A stretch of DNA of 64,000 nt, taken from the IMG/VR virus record IMGVR_UViG_3300042892_002669, positions 13,106 to 77,105 of that record; one strand, written 5' to 3'. This stretch comes from a virus. A model generated the notes under the pieces. The model made no database searches, was not told where the DNA came from, and saw only the letters and a list, made by a program, of their open reading frames with translations. A program made the translations under genes and the position numbers. Shown here in pieces: positions 10,186-20,000 of this stretch. The number at the start of each line of letters is the position of its first letter. Position 1 is the stretch's first letter.

Positions 10186-10761
10186 TTATCTCCATTTGGG
10201 ACCATCAAACCAAGCTGCAACTGAGTGTCTGGTGCCCTTGGTAACTGGCGTGGCTGCATGGTATATAAAGCTGGGAATGAATATCACAGTGCCCTGAGTT
10301 CTGATTTCCTGTGGAACCATCTGTTCCATAGTGGTTTCATACAGTTCAAAATTACCACCCTCATATGTGTCTGGATCAGTTAGTTGTATGATGCACGAGA
10401 GTTTTCTATGATACTTGGGATCGTTGTTTATCCAAAATACATCTTGATGCCTTTTGTACTCTCCCTGAACAGCCTCATCGTATTCAGCCAGTTGTAGATA
10501 ACTGAGTTTAGACAAGTGAAAATCAAACCAAACATCATTTGCCTGCAATGCCAGCTTCCACAGTTCATCAAACAAGAATTTAAAATTCTCATTGTCCTGT
10601 TGTATAAATCTCACTGAACCTCTGCGAAATTCAGAGTTGATTATGCTATTGGCCACTCCCATAGAGGGAGTTTCTGCGGGGATAGACAATCCCTGAGCTA
10701 AGATATGATTGCATATGTCTGGACTAAAGTGTCCCTTAAAGTAACACCATTCACCCTTCAT
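10186..10761 (-). CDS. 2OG-Fe(II) oxygenase (PKHD/prolyl-hydroxylase-like)
   Basis: HQD...RKLS..IQL...YEGG.F...H...PVTKGTRHS..AW; start MKGEW at 10761 preferred over the overlapping track start 10872. Confidence 0.9.
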   Translation of the reverse strand: MKGEWCYFKGHFSPDICNHILAQGLSIPAETPSMGVANSIINSEFRRGSVRFIQQDNENFKFLFDELWKLALQANDVWFDFHLSKLSYLQLAEYDEAVQGEYKRHQDVFWINNDPKYHRKLSCIIQLTDPDTYEGGNFELYETTMEQMVPQEIRTQGTVIFIPSFIYHAATPVTKGTRHSVAAWFDGPKWR

Positions 10762-10762
10762 A

Positions 10763-11191
10763 TCAAATGTCTCCAGCTTGACGATTTTCGCTGTAGTGTG
10801 GGTCAAAGTTGCCACCTGGATAGCGTGACTCAAGCTTTCTAACGTTCTCTGCAATAACATCATTGGGATCAAGATTCAACGCACGACAACTATTGATCCA
10901 GTACCACATAATGTCCCCTAATTCACGCTTCATATGGAACACGTTTTCATCAGTAAGTGGCTTACCCTGAAACAGCATCTTTTTTGGTATCTCGCAAAAC
11001 TCTCCAGTTTCTGCTGCCAACCCCAGTGCGCCTGTAATCAACAATGGCACATTGATAGTGGGCCCATGATCGTTGCCGTCCCAGTTACCATCCAGTTCAT
11101 CCAGTCTGTTCATAAACGCAGTAAGATCAGTGCTGGGTTCGCTGGTCACGGCTCCCACAAATTCGCTGTATTTGTTTAAATCAATATTCAT
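10763..11191 (-). CDS. mazG: MazG-like NTP pyrophosphohydrolase
   Basis: GLAAETGEFCEIPKK...ELGDIMWY...N..KL..RYP. Confidence 0.88.
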   Translation of the reverse strand: MNIDLNKYSEFVGAVTSEPSTDLTAFMNRLDELDGNWDGNDHGPTINVPLLITGALGLAAETGEFCEIPKKMLFQGKPLTDENVFHMKRELGDIMWYWINSCRALNLDPNDVIAENVRKLESRYPGGNFDPHYSENRQAGDI

Positions 11192-12384
11192 TAGAATGCC
11201 TTTAAAATTATAAGTGAGTCATTAAATCTACCATTTGGCGTAGTAGCAGTTGCCTTAATTTCTTTGAAGTATTTACGTGCAGCTGGCTTGCTGCCCATGA
11301 TTTCTTTGATGGCTTCTGCTGGCTTGCGCAATGTCTTTACTTCACTAGTTGACGTATCAAATCCCAGTAGAGTGTTGCCCTTGACTGTGAATGTTTTGCT
11401 GTAATCATCCGCAATATAGTGATGCAGTTTACGTTTGGCAGTGTCGTATACCCACGCCTCACTTGCACCATGCAGCTTAGTAGGATGTACACTAACCAAA
11501 TCCAGTTTGGCTGCAACATCTTTAAACTCCCGCAAGTACTTGAGTTTGCTCACAATCTTTTCTACCGGCACTGCCTTGCGAGCACGTGGGGTACGTGCAG
11601 TTTTCTTTACGCTGATATAGCTGTTGAGGTCACTTAATACACCATCAATAAACTTGATGATATTTTTAAGTTGAGTTTTTGTAAACTGATTGTAGCCCTC
11701 AGTTAGCAGACTGTCTTTGCTCTCCAGTACTTCTTCAAACTCAGCCAGCTTTTTCTTCCAAACACTGGCAACCAGTGGGATATGCTGTGGCATCACATTT
11801 CGTTTGGCCAACTCGTCCATTGGGCGCAGTGAGTGTGTTGACTTGGCACCAGCTGCAATGTATTCATCAAACAGTCCCTCAATCTCACCGCAGGCTTCAC
11901 TGGCTTTTTCGCGCAAGATTTCCTGAATGTTGGGACGATTAGCCGTTTCAACTTTGTCTGCCGGTGCCTCTTCTGCAGACTTAAAGCCAGACTTAAAGAT
12001 GGTCTCGGGTTTAGAAACAGTGAGCAACAGTCTGGTGATTTCATTTTGCAGTGTTGCCTGTTCGTATTCTGTTAACTCAAGTCCTCTGAGTGTCATACGC
12101 GACAGCCAGCACAGTGTAGTTAGTACTTCGCTTTCAGGCACTTTGTGCATTTGCTTGGCATCAGCTTTTCTGTCATTGTTTTCCAGATACTGAATCAGCA
12201 AGTCCTTGCCCTCTTTGCGGCCATAGAATCGGTTGTACCAATTGAATGCACGTGACAGAGTAGAACTCCTAACCACTGTTTCGGGCTGAGTTTCAAAGCT
12301 GGGTTCTTCACCCATGTATTTGGTATCTACGTCTTTGGGGTTCAGTGCTTTTACCATTGTGTTGATGGACGATTTGCGTGTCAT
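11191..12384 (-). CDS. Conserved hypothetical phage protein (about 397 aa)
   Basis: Long ORF; AGGAG RBS before ATG 12384; own sigma70 promoter TTGCAA-17-TATAAT. Confidence 0.75.
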   Translation of the reverse strand: MTRKSSINTMVKALNPKDVDTKYMGEEPSFETQPETVVRSSTLSRAFNWYNRFYGRKEGKDLLIQYLENNDRKADAKQMHKVPESEVLTTLCWLSRMTLRGLELTEYEQATLQNEITRLLLTVSKPETIFKSGFKSAEEAPADKVETANRPNIQEILREKASEACGEIEGLFDEYIAAGAKSTHSLRPMDELAKRNVMPQHIPLVASVWKKKLAEFEEVLESKDSLLTEGYNQFTKTQLKNIIKFIDGVLSDLNSYISVKKTARTPRARKAVPVEKIVSKLKYLREFKDVAAKLDLVSVHPTKLHGASEAWVYDTAKRKLHHYIADDYSKTFTVKGNTLLGFDTSTSEVKTLRKPAEAIKEIMGSKPAARKYFKEIKATATTPNGRFNDSLIILKAF

Positions 12385-12501
12385 GTCTACTCCTGTCATT
12401 GTTTGTGTTACATTATAGCATAGTACTTATTAAATTGCAACCTAATGTTGTATAAACACAACACCCGTTGGGCATAAATACTAGACTATTGGAACCCATA
12501 A

Positions 12502-14139
12502 ATGCCTAAATTATCGCTATACCGCTCCCAAAAATCCAACGATTACAAGTTTTTTGACAGGAATATCGCTGAGCTATTCACCGTTGGCGGTACTGACCTG
12601 TTTATACATAAGTATTTGGGTCCAAGTGACCAGGGTCCAACCACTTCATTGAGCCAGCCCAGATATGACAAACTTGATCCCACCAATATACAAGATTTAT
12701 TGTTTTTAGAGAATCGTGACCGCAAATATGATAGCAATATTTACAGATTACGTGGGCACTACAATACCCAAAATTTGGACTTTGATTTGAGTCAATTTGG
12801 ATTGTTTTTGAACAGTGATGTCATATTCATAACAGTTCACTATAACACCATGATAGAACTGATTGGTCGTAAGCTAATAGTGGGTGATGTATTTGAACTA
12901 CCTCACTTGACTGACTATCACCCACTGAACGAAAAGATACCCACTGCACTGCGCCGATACTATCAGATCACTGATGCCAATTTCGCCAGTGAAGGCTTCA
13001 GCAGCAGCTGGTATCCTCACTTGTGGCGAATCAAGTGTGAGCCACTGGTTGACAGTCAAGAATTCGCTAACATATTGGATAAGCCTGTGGCACAAGATAA
13101 CTTTTTGGGTGACTGGGACAAGACTACAACTTATGTTCCAGGCTATGTGGTCAGCTATGGTGACAAAAATTACATGCCCAAGCAAAATGTACCAGCGGGC
13201 ATCCCCTGCACTGATACAACCTATTGGCAACTGGATATCGCTGACAGCTTGAAAGATATCTTGGGACGCTATAACAAGAATTTACAAATCAATGAAGCCA
13301 TGATCAGTGAGGCCACCAGAATCGTACCAGCAAATGGATACGACAGAAAGCAACTGTACTTGGCTCCACTCAATGAGTACAATGAACCTGGCGCCGCCAA
13401 AAATGTTATCATACGCAGAGGCACTCCTGAAACAACTGTTAACTCTATTGAGTATGTAAACGGCAACATACCCATCGTTAGAATAGCCGCCGCGTCATTG
13501 AATAATATCAATGCATTAATGGACTCCACTGACTTGTTGGCATCATTCGTCAAACTCAGCTTGACTATAACCACTGTAATGCCTGAAAGAACTGAAAATG
13601 GTTCAGGTAGTGTGGAGCCAGACATCGTGCTGTCAGTGAAAGCACTGGGACCAATTGACATACCATATGGCACAGTAGACAACATAAATTCCGGCAGTGA
13701 TGCCAGTGTTGATTCAGCCTCGTTTAATTCAGATGTGTTTCAAATAACTGAAGTACAAGACTTCCGCGCTGACGCCGACCCCAGGTTTAAGTTTGTAAAG
13801 AAAGAAACTGCCAGAGGCTTTGGATACACTGATGGCTATATGGCAGGCGAGGCTGCAGCACCAAACGGAGAACCATTTGGATCAGGCATCACCTTCCCCA
13901 CCAGTGCCAAAGTTGGTGACTATTTCTTGAGAATGGATTACTTGCCTCAGCAGATGTTTCGTTGGGACGGCAATTTATGGGTTAAGATTTCTGAAGTCAC
14001 CAGGGTGGAATCTGGATCCAACTCCAACCAAACGCAAATGGGCAGCTTTGTTAATAACAGCAATGTGACTGCTACATTGAACGGGCCTATCCCAGAGAAA
14101 CAGGCACTATCAACAATTTTAAATATTACACCAGACTAA
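12502..14139 (+). CDS. Neck/head-closure protein (gp14-like) with C-terminal extension
   Basis: FDLSQFGL, GDVFELPH and PHLWRIKC motifs; precedes the gp15-like gene; CATAAATA upstream. Confidence 0.65.
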   Translation: MPKLSLYRSQKSNDYKFFDRNIAELFTVGGTDLFIHKYLGPSDQGPTTSLSQPRYDKLDPTNIQDLLFLENRDRKYDSNIYRLRGHYNTQNLDFDLSQFGLFLNSDVIFITVHYNTMIELIGRKLIVGDVFELPHLTDYHPLNEKIPTALRRYYQITDANFASEGFSSSWYPHLWRIKCEPLVDSQEFANILDKPVAQDNFLGDWDKTTTYVPGYVVSYGDKNYMPKQNVPAGIPCTDTTYWQLDIADSLKDILGRYNKNLQINEAMISEATRIVPANGYDRKQLYLAPLNEYNEPGAAKNVIIRRGTPETTVNSIEYVNGNIPIVRIAAASLNNINALMDSTDLLASFVKLSLTITTVMPERTENGSGSVEPDIVLSVKALGPIDIPYGTVDNINSGSDASVDSASFNSDVFQITEVQDFRADADPRFKFVKKETARGFGYTDGYMAGEAAAPNGEPFGSGITFPTSAKVGDYFLRMDYLPQQMFRWDGNLWVKISEVTRVESGSNSNQTQMGSFVNNSNVTATLNGPIPEKQALSTILNITPD

Positions 14140-14148
14140 GGAATACAC

Positions 14149-15519
14149 ATGGCAGCTTACTTCAATGACAATCAGATACGCAGATTTCTAATTCAATTTG
14201 CGCGTATCTTTTCTGACTGGCAAGTTACTAAAGGCAAAGATCCAGCAGGCAACGATATATTAGTTCGTGTGCCCATTATGTACGGCGACAGTAGTCGTCA
14301 AGCTGCAGCTATTATAGCCAACAACAGTGCCAGCAGCATGCCCAGTGCGCCCCTGATTACCTATTATATAACAGCAGTAGAGTACGATCAAACCAGAACT
14401 CAAGATCCCTATTTCATTGACAAGATGAGTATAAGAAGAAGAAACTGGAATACTGAAACACAAAGCTACGAGAATGTACAGGGCGATGCGTTCACTGTAG
14501 AGCGTGTGATGCCAGTTCCCTACACTCTGAGAATTTCAGTTGATTTTTGGACCACTAACTACAATCAGAAACTTGAACTCATTGAGCAGTTGGGCGTGTT
14601 GTTCAACCCCAGCATGGAGTTACAAAGCACAGACAACTTTATTGACTGGACCAGCTTGAGTGTAGTTTACCAAGAAGGATTAACATTCAGTTCACGCTCA
14701 ATACCACAGGGCACTGGCAATCCAATTGACGTATTAACTTGGAAATTCTACATGCCAATTTGGATAAGCAGCAGCGCCAAGGTCAAGAAGCTGGGCGTTA
14801 TCTACAAAATTATTGCCAGTATATTCAAGGGCAACGCACTGACTGACATGCAGGACGATGACCTGTTGTTGGGTACCAGACAGAAAATTACACCATATGG
14901 CTATAAGGTATTGCTGTTGGGCAACTCATTGCAGTTGTTGCCCAATTATGCCACAGCCTCGCCCAGCAATTCCACGTTGGATACGCCTGTTAGTCCTGAT
15001 ACTGATCTGGGCTGGACAGCCTTTTTGAACCTGTATGGTAAAGTAAAGCCAGGCATAAGTCAGATATGGTTACAGAATCCAAACATGACCACTGACATAG
15101 TTGGCACTGTTGCATTTAATCCATCGGATGACCGACTGTTGATATTTGATATTGACACTGCGACTTTACCACAGGATACACTGGATCCAGTAGACAGCGT
15201 TATTAATCCTCGCAATAAATATCCAGACAATGGATTGCCCACTGTGGCAATGGGACAACGCTATCTGGTAATTGATCAGATTGGCAGCGCTGATGTCAAT
15301 CCTGCAGATAGTCCGTGGGGTTCACTGATAGCCAATCCCAACGACATAATTGAATACGATGGCGCCAATTGGACAGTGGTGTTTGACAGTGCATCTTCCA
15401 CACGAGTAGAATTTGTCAAGAATTTAACCACCATGGTACAATACAGATATCAAGATAGTGCATGGGTGAAAAGCTATGAGGGGTACTACGCTCCTGGAGA
15501 TTTCTCTGTAGTAATTTAA
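14149..15519 (+). CDS. Tail sheath terminator/stabiliser (gp15-like)
   Basis: YF...QIRRFLIQF.RIFS, VPIMYG, PVPY.L, QKLELIEQL..LFNP. Confidence 0.8.
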   Translation: MAAYFNDNQIRRFLIQFARIFSDWQVTKGKDPAGNDILVRVPIMYGDSSRQAAAIIANNSASSMPSAPLITYYITAVEYDQTRTQDPYFIDKMSIRRRNWNTETQSYENVQGDAFTVERVMPVPYTLRISVDFWTTNYNQKLELIEQLGVLFNPSMELQSTDNFIDWTSLSVVYQEGLTFSSRSIPQGTGNPIDVLTWKFYMPIWISSSAKVKKLGVIYKIIASIFKGNALTDMQDDDLLLGTRQKITPYGYKVLLLGNSLQLLPNYATASPSNSTLDTPVSPDTDLGWTAFLNLYGKVKPGISQIWLQNPNMTTDIVGTVAFNPSDDRLLIFDIDTATLPQDTLDPVDSVINPRNKYPDNGLPTVAMGQRYLVIDQIGSADVNPADSPWGSLIANPNDIIEYDGANWTVVFDSASSTRVEFVKNLTTMVQYRYQDSAWVKSYEGYYAPGDFSVVI

Positions 15520-15549
15520 GCAGTGCTCGTTTTGATGATAAATCAATAT

Positions 15550-15975
15550 ATGAGCAAAGTTGAAAACACATCAGCAGGAATATTCTTTTACTGTGATAGC
15601 ACGGATAGATTTTTATTCCTGTTGAGAAACGATGAAAAGAACAATGGATTCTGGGGAATACCTGGCGGCAAATTAGAAAATGCTGAAACACTCAGTCAGG
15701 GATTGGCTCGTGAATGTCAAGAGGAAATCGCATTCTTTCCCACCAATGCCAAACTGGTTCCCATTCAGAAATTCGTAAACAACACGTTTACCTATCATAC
15801 ATTCTTTTGTACGATACCAGATGAGTTTATTCCAGTACTAAATGATGAGCATGTGGGATACTGTTGGGTTGATGTGCATCATTATCCTAAACCACTGCAT
15901 CCAGGGTTATTTAACACTATCAACTTTGATGTAGTGCAAACGAAATTAAAAGAACTTACAAAAAAAGCCGCATAA
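15550..15975 (+). CDS. Nudix hydrolase
   Basis: Nudix box GGKLENAETLSQGLARECQEEI and LNDEH.GY.W; ATG 15550 preferred (track start 15523). Confidence 0.9.
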   Translation: MSKVENTSAGIFFYCDSTDRFLFLLRNDEKNNGFWGIPGGKLENAETLSQGLARECQEEIAFFPTNAKLVPIQKFVNNTFTYHTFFCTIPDEFIPVLNDEHVGYCWVDVHHYPKPLHPGLFNTINFDVVQTKLKELTKKAA

Positions 15976-15987
15976 GCGGCTTTTTTG
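15961..15987. terminator. Bidirectional intrinsic terminator
   Basis: AAAAAAGCCGC-ATAA-GCGGCTTTTTT between convergent genes. Confidence 0.9.
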
Positions 15988-16003
15988 TATACTATAGCTT
16001 AGA

Positions 16004-16957
16004 TTAAGCGTTAGTGATTCTTACAGAAACATTGGCCACTGGTGATCCAAATGTCCATTGTGCAGGTGAGTCATCAGCAAACTGTGTTCCAGTATTGGCA
16101 ACTACCACAGCCTTGTGGTTACTGATTTTAACTACCCAGTATGTACCACCAGCACTGTCAGTTGCAACAATAGCCATTTGGCCTGCTGCACTTGGAGTTG
16201 CTGCAACCAATGAGCATACTTCTGTGCCATCTGTTGTTTTAACTTTAAAGCGACGAGCATTTTTCTGACTGATAATATCAGCAGTTTTGTTTGACCCACC
16301 AGTAACATACGCGGTTGGTACGATAGCATTTTCTTGATTAGTACTTGAACTAACATTACCTGTATCAACGGTTAATGTGACAGTTGGTACACCAACTGCT
16401 GTTCCACCTGTATTAGTACCAGCTGTAGTCCAAGATAATGTAGGTACTGCAATATAACCAGAACCTTTTTCAACTGTAGTAATACTCTTAACACGATACT
16501 TTACAGTGGCTTGTTGCTCACCGTCACCACCGACGATTTGATATGATGTTTCGGCTGTAGGAACTGTTGTAAACGAACCACGGTTAACTGGAACCATAAC
16601 TTGAACTTCACCTTGACCAGAGCCAACTGCTGTAATGTTAAGAGTAACACCAGCTAAACCTGTCAATGTTGTTGCGCCTCCAGTAGTAGTAACATAACCG
16701 TTACCAGCTAGACCGTTTTGAGATACAATGCTTTCAACTTCCCAAACTACTGTAGCAGTAGCTTGTACACCAGTAGGTAGTGATGGTGCTGGGATTACTA
16801 GTTGCGGTTGTGAATAAGTAGCATTGATAATTAAGCTACCTTTTTGTACTGCCAATGTATAATCAGCTAAACCTTCACCACCAATGCCATCATCAGCGCT
16901 GGTTGTAGTGCCAATGTTTCTATTACCAAAATATTTCTTATTTAACGGACGTCCCAT
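16004..16957 (-). CDS. Virion structural protein (Thr/Gly-rich, beta-rich)
   Basis: MGRPLNKKYFG N-terminus, GSGY...PT motif, strong RBS AAGGAG, late promoter and terminator. Confidence 0.65.
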   Translation of the reverse strand: MGRPLNKKYFGNRNIGTTTSADDGIGGEGLADYTLAVQKGSLIINATYSQPQLVIPAPSLPTGVQATATVVWEVESIVSQNGLAGNGYVTTTGGATTLTGLAGVTLNITAVGSGQGEVQVMVPVNRGSFTTVPTAETSYQIVGGDGEQQATVKYRVKSITTVEKGSGYIAVPTLSWTTAGTNTGGTAVGVPTVTLTVDTGNVSSSTNQENAIVPTAYVTGGSNKTADIISQKNARRFKVKTTDGTEVCSLVAATPSAAGQMAIVATDSAGGTYWVVKISNHKAVVVANTGTQFADDSPAQWTFGSPVANVSVRITNA

Positions 16958-16979
16958 TTGTTTCTCCTTAGTTAGTTAG

Positions 16980-17033
16980 CGTTCTAGGCCTACGCAGTGG
17001 GTTACTGCATAAACTCTCAATTAAGAGTGAACA
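16980..17033 (-). ncRNA. Candidate structured 5' leader RNA (three-way junction)
   Basis: Minus strand: UGUUC [ACUCUU-AAUU-GAGAGU] U [UAUGCAGU-AACCC-ACUGCGUA] GGCCUA GAACG, between the GATAAATA promoter and the RBS. Confidence 0.45.
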
Positions 17034-17045
17034 TGTCTATTTATC

Positions 17046-20000
17046 TTATACGCCTATCGGATTAGGTCCGCCTGTGGGCACACTAGTCATAGTTATCTTA
17101 AATTTAGCACCGGTTGAGTTGTTTATGATGTACAACCCGTCACTACCTGGCATCATGGTCCAAGTGTTAGCTTCATTCTTCATGGTAACATCACTGACAT
17201 ACAAGTTCTTCCAATGCAGATCAAGAGTTGGAACAACAGCAAGTATCAAGTCATTTACACCATCTGTGCCGTTCAATGCACTACCAAAAATAGTAACTGT
17301 GTCATTAAATGTTAGAGTTGAGCCAGATGAAGTTGTACTATCAGCCGCAGCCGTTAGGGTTAAAGTGTTAGTTAAACTGTCAATAGTTACTACTCGTTGT
17401 CCAGAAGTAAATCCAGCGCCAGTTACTGCCATTTGTTGTGTAATACCCGAAATGTCATTCACCACAAGTGATATGCCTGTTGTGTTGACAAAAGTTTTAT
17501 TTATGGAAGCGTATCCCGAACCTAATGCATTAATCCTAACTTTATACACCTGTCCGCCCACGCTAGCCGGAGTTGTATATACTTCAAATGATGCGTCCGC
17601 GCCCGACCCACTGGTAGCTACCAGTGGGTTCAACTCACCAGTGGGAGAAGATTGTGACACTATCCATGATTCGGCGAAAGTTTTAGCCGCGGCCGGGGTA
17701 CCGGAGATAATATCTAATGAAGCGATTGATCCAGCTTTGGCACCTAAATTTTGTGAGGCTGTAGTACCAGGCACAACACTACCAACTGCATCAACTGTTG
17801 TTGTTTGATATCCACCATTCCAAATAGTTACTTTATTATCCTTATCATTTACTCCTAATCCACTGCCTTCCATATATGGATATGCAATAAAATCTGCATT
17901 TGTATCAGATAGCATAGTGAATCCATTGGTCAATGACGTAAAATAGATACCATGTGTGGCACCGTGATAGCCAGTAATTGATACTAAATCAGGATCCCAA
18001 ATTAAACTAGTATTATCGCCAGGGATTGTGTACTGTCCATCCTTGTGTACAGTTAGTCCAAGTAGTGACCCAACACTGGTGATAGCAGGCTGTGCTGCTG
18101 TTGTCACTGTGCCAGCAGTAGTTGCAGTAGTGGCTGAACCAGCAGTAGTTGCGCTGGTAGCAGTTGCTACAGTGCCCACTACATTTGAAGCATTCAAGTT
18201 GGTTAAGGCGGCGCCGTTGCCTGAGAATAAATTGGCAGTTAATCGACCGGTGGTTTTGGCATATGTTAGCTGCGAATCACCACCAAAGGCTCCTGCATCA
18301 TTAAATTGTACCTGTTGCGATGCGCCGCCTGGATTCACATCAGGTTGAGCTACCCAACTTAGTATTCCAGTGCCATCTGTTTGTATCACATACCCTGCAG
18401 TACCGCCGGTGATGGTTACGTTGGACAATGGTCCCAGATTAGCCAGTCTGGTTACTATCAGATTGCCATTGGATGTCAGATTGCCGTCTACTCTTAGTTC
18501 GGTCAATATGCCCACACTTGTTATACTGGACTGCGCACTGGCAGTGACTGTGCCTGCTGTAGTTGCGCTGGTGGCGCTGGCTACTGTGCCTGTTACATTG
18601 GCTGCTGGAATACTGGTCAAGCCAGCAGCGGAACCGTAGAATGCAGTGGCTGTTAATCTGCCAGTGGTTTTATCAAAGGTCAATGCTGAGCTTGTGTTGG
18701 ACACACCACTATCATTGAATTGAACTTGTTTATCTGAGCCTGGTGCTGATTTAGGATTCTGCCACGACAACACACCTAAGCCGTCAGTGGATAACATATA
18801 ACCAGATGTTCCACCTGTGATGGTGACATTGGCCACTGCGCCTAAATTGGCAGTGCTGGTTGCTATTATATTTCCACTTACATTACCAATGAAGTTGCCT
18901 GCACGAACATTGCCCAGAGTATTGAATGTTACAACGTCACTTGCTACACTTACGTTACTGCCAAATACAAATTCTCCAGCATTGTTATCCCAACCCATGA
19001 ATGCATCAACTGGCTCAGTGGTAAAATAATGTAATAGCTGACCTCTGTCTTTACCATCATTGCTTTCTAATACACCTGTTGTATTTCCGCCTTGCTCTAT
19101 AATTGGATCTTTAACAACCATGGTTTCCACATTGGCAGTGATAGTAACACCACTAACTGTTAGGTTGCCGCTGATTGTGGCATCGCCTGCTGCTAAAGTG
19201 CCAACAGTTGATAAGTTGCCTGCTGTTGCTGTGCCAGTAACTGACAAGCTGGTTAATGTACCAACACTTGTAATGTTAGGTTGTGCTGGCGTTGTTACAG
19301 TTCCTGCGGTAGTTGCAGTACCTGCAGTGGTCGCGCTGGTTGCTGCTCCGCTTAGTGCGCCTACAAATGTGGTAGCTATTATCGCGCCATTGGCTAAGTT
19401 GGCCGAAAAACTGGCATTAGACAAGTGTGCGTAGTTACCAGTGGTAGTATCACTGATAAAAGGAATATATGCTGTGCCAGTGTTGGTCAATGTGGTTAAT
19501 AGTGCTGCTGCATTGGTTGCATTGGCAACTGCACCACTTACGTTGGCGCCTGTTACTGCATTGGCTGTGGTTGCATATGTAGCCAAGCCAACCGCACCTG
19601 AAACATTAGAACCTGTTACTGCGTTGGCAGTGGCTGCGAATGTAACTTCACCTGTAACGTTAGCGCCTGCTATTGAAGTTAGCCCTACCCCGTTTGCGAT
19701 AATATAATCTACGCTTAATGTTTTGGTTGAATTATTATAAGTTAATCCTGAGCTGCCGGCAAAACTACCAGCACTATTAAATTGAACTTGGGTATCGTCG
19801 CCACCTGGGGTAGTTTCTGAACCACCCGAACCTGCTGATTGTACTACCCAACTTAAATTACCGCTACCATCCGTTCTCAGTACATATCCAGCAGTACCAC
19901 CAAGTATTCTAACATTGCTCACTGCACCCAGACTTATATTTGCACCTGAAAGAGATACATTGCCTATGCTTGTTAAACTGGTCAGTGTACCAACACTTGT

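Noticed and set aside
10762-10872. Extended N-termini in the ORF track (also 38487, 51570, 57064, 57348, 57889)
   Set aside because: They overlap upstream genes or promoters; downstream ATGs fit the RBS and promoter positions better
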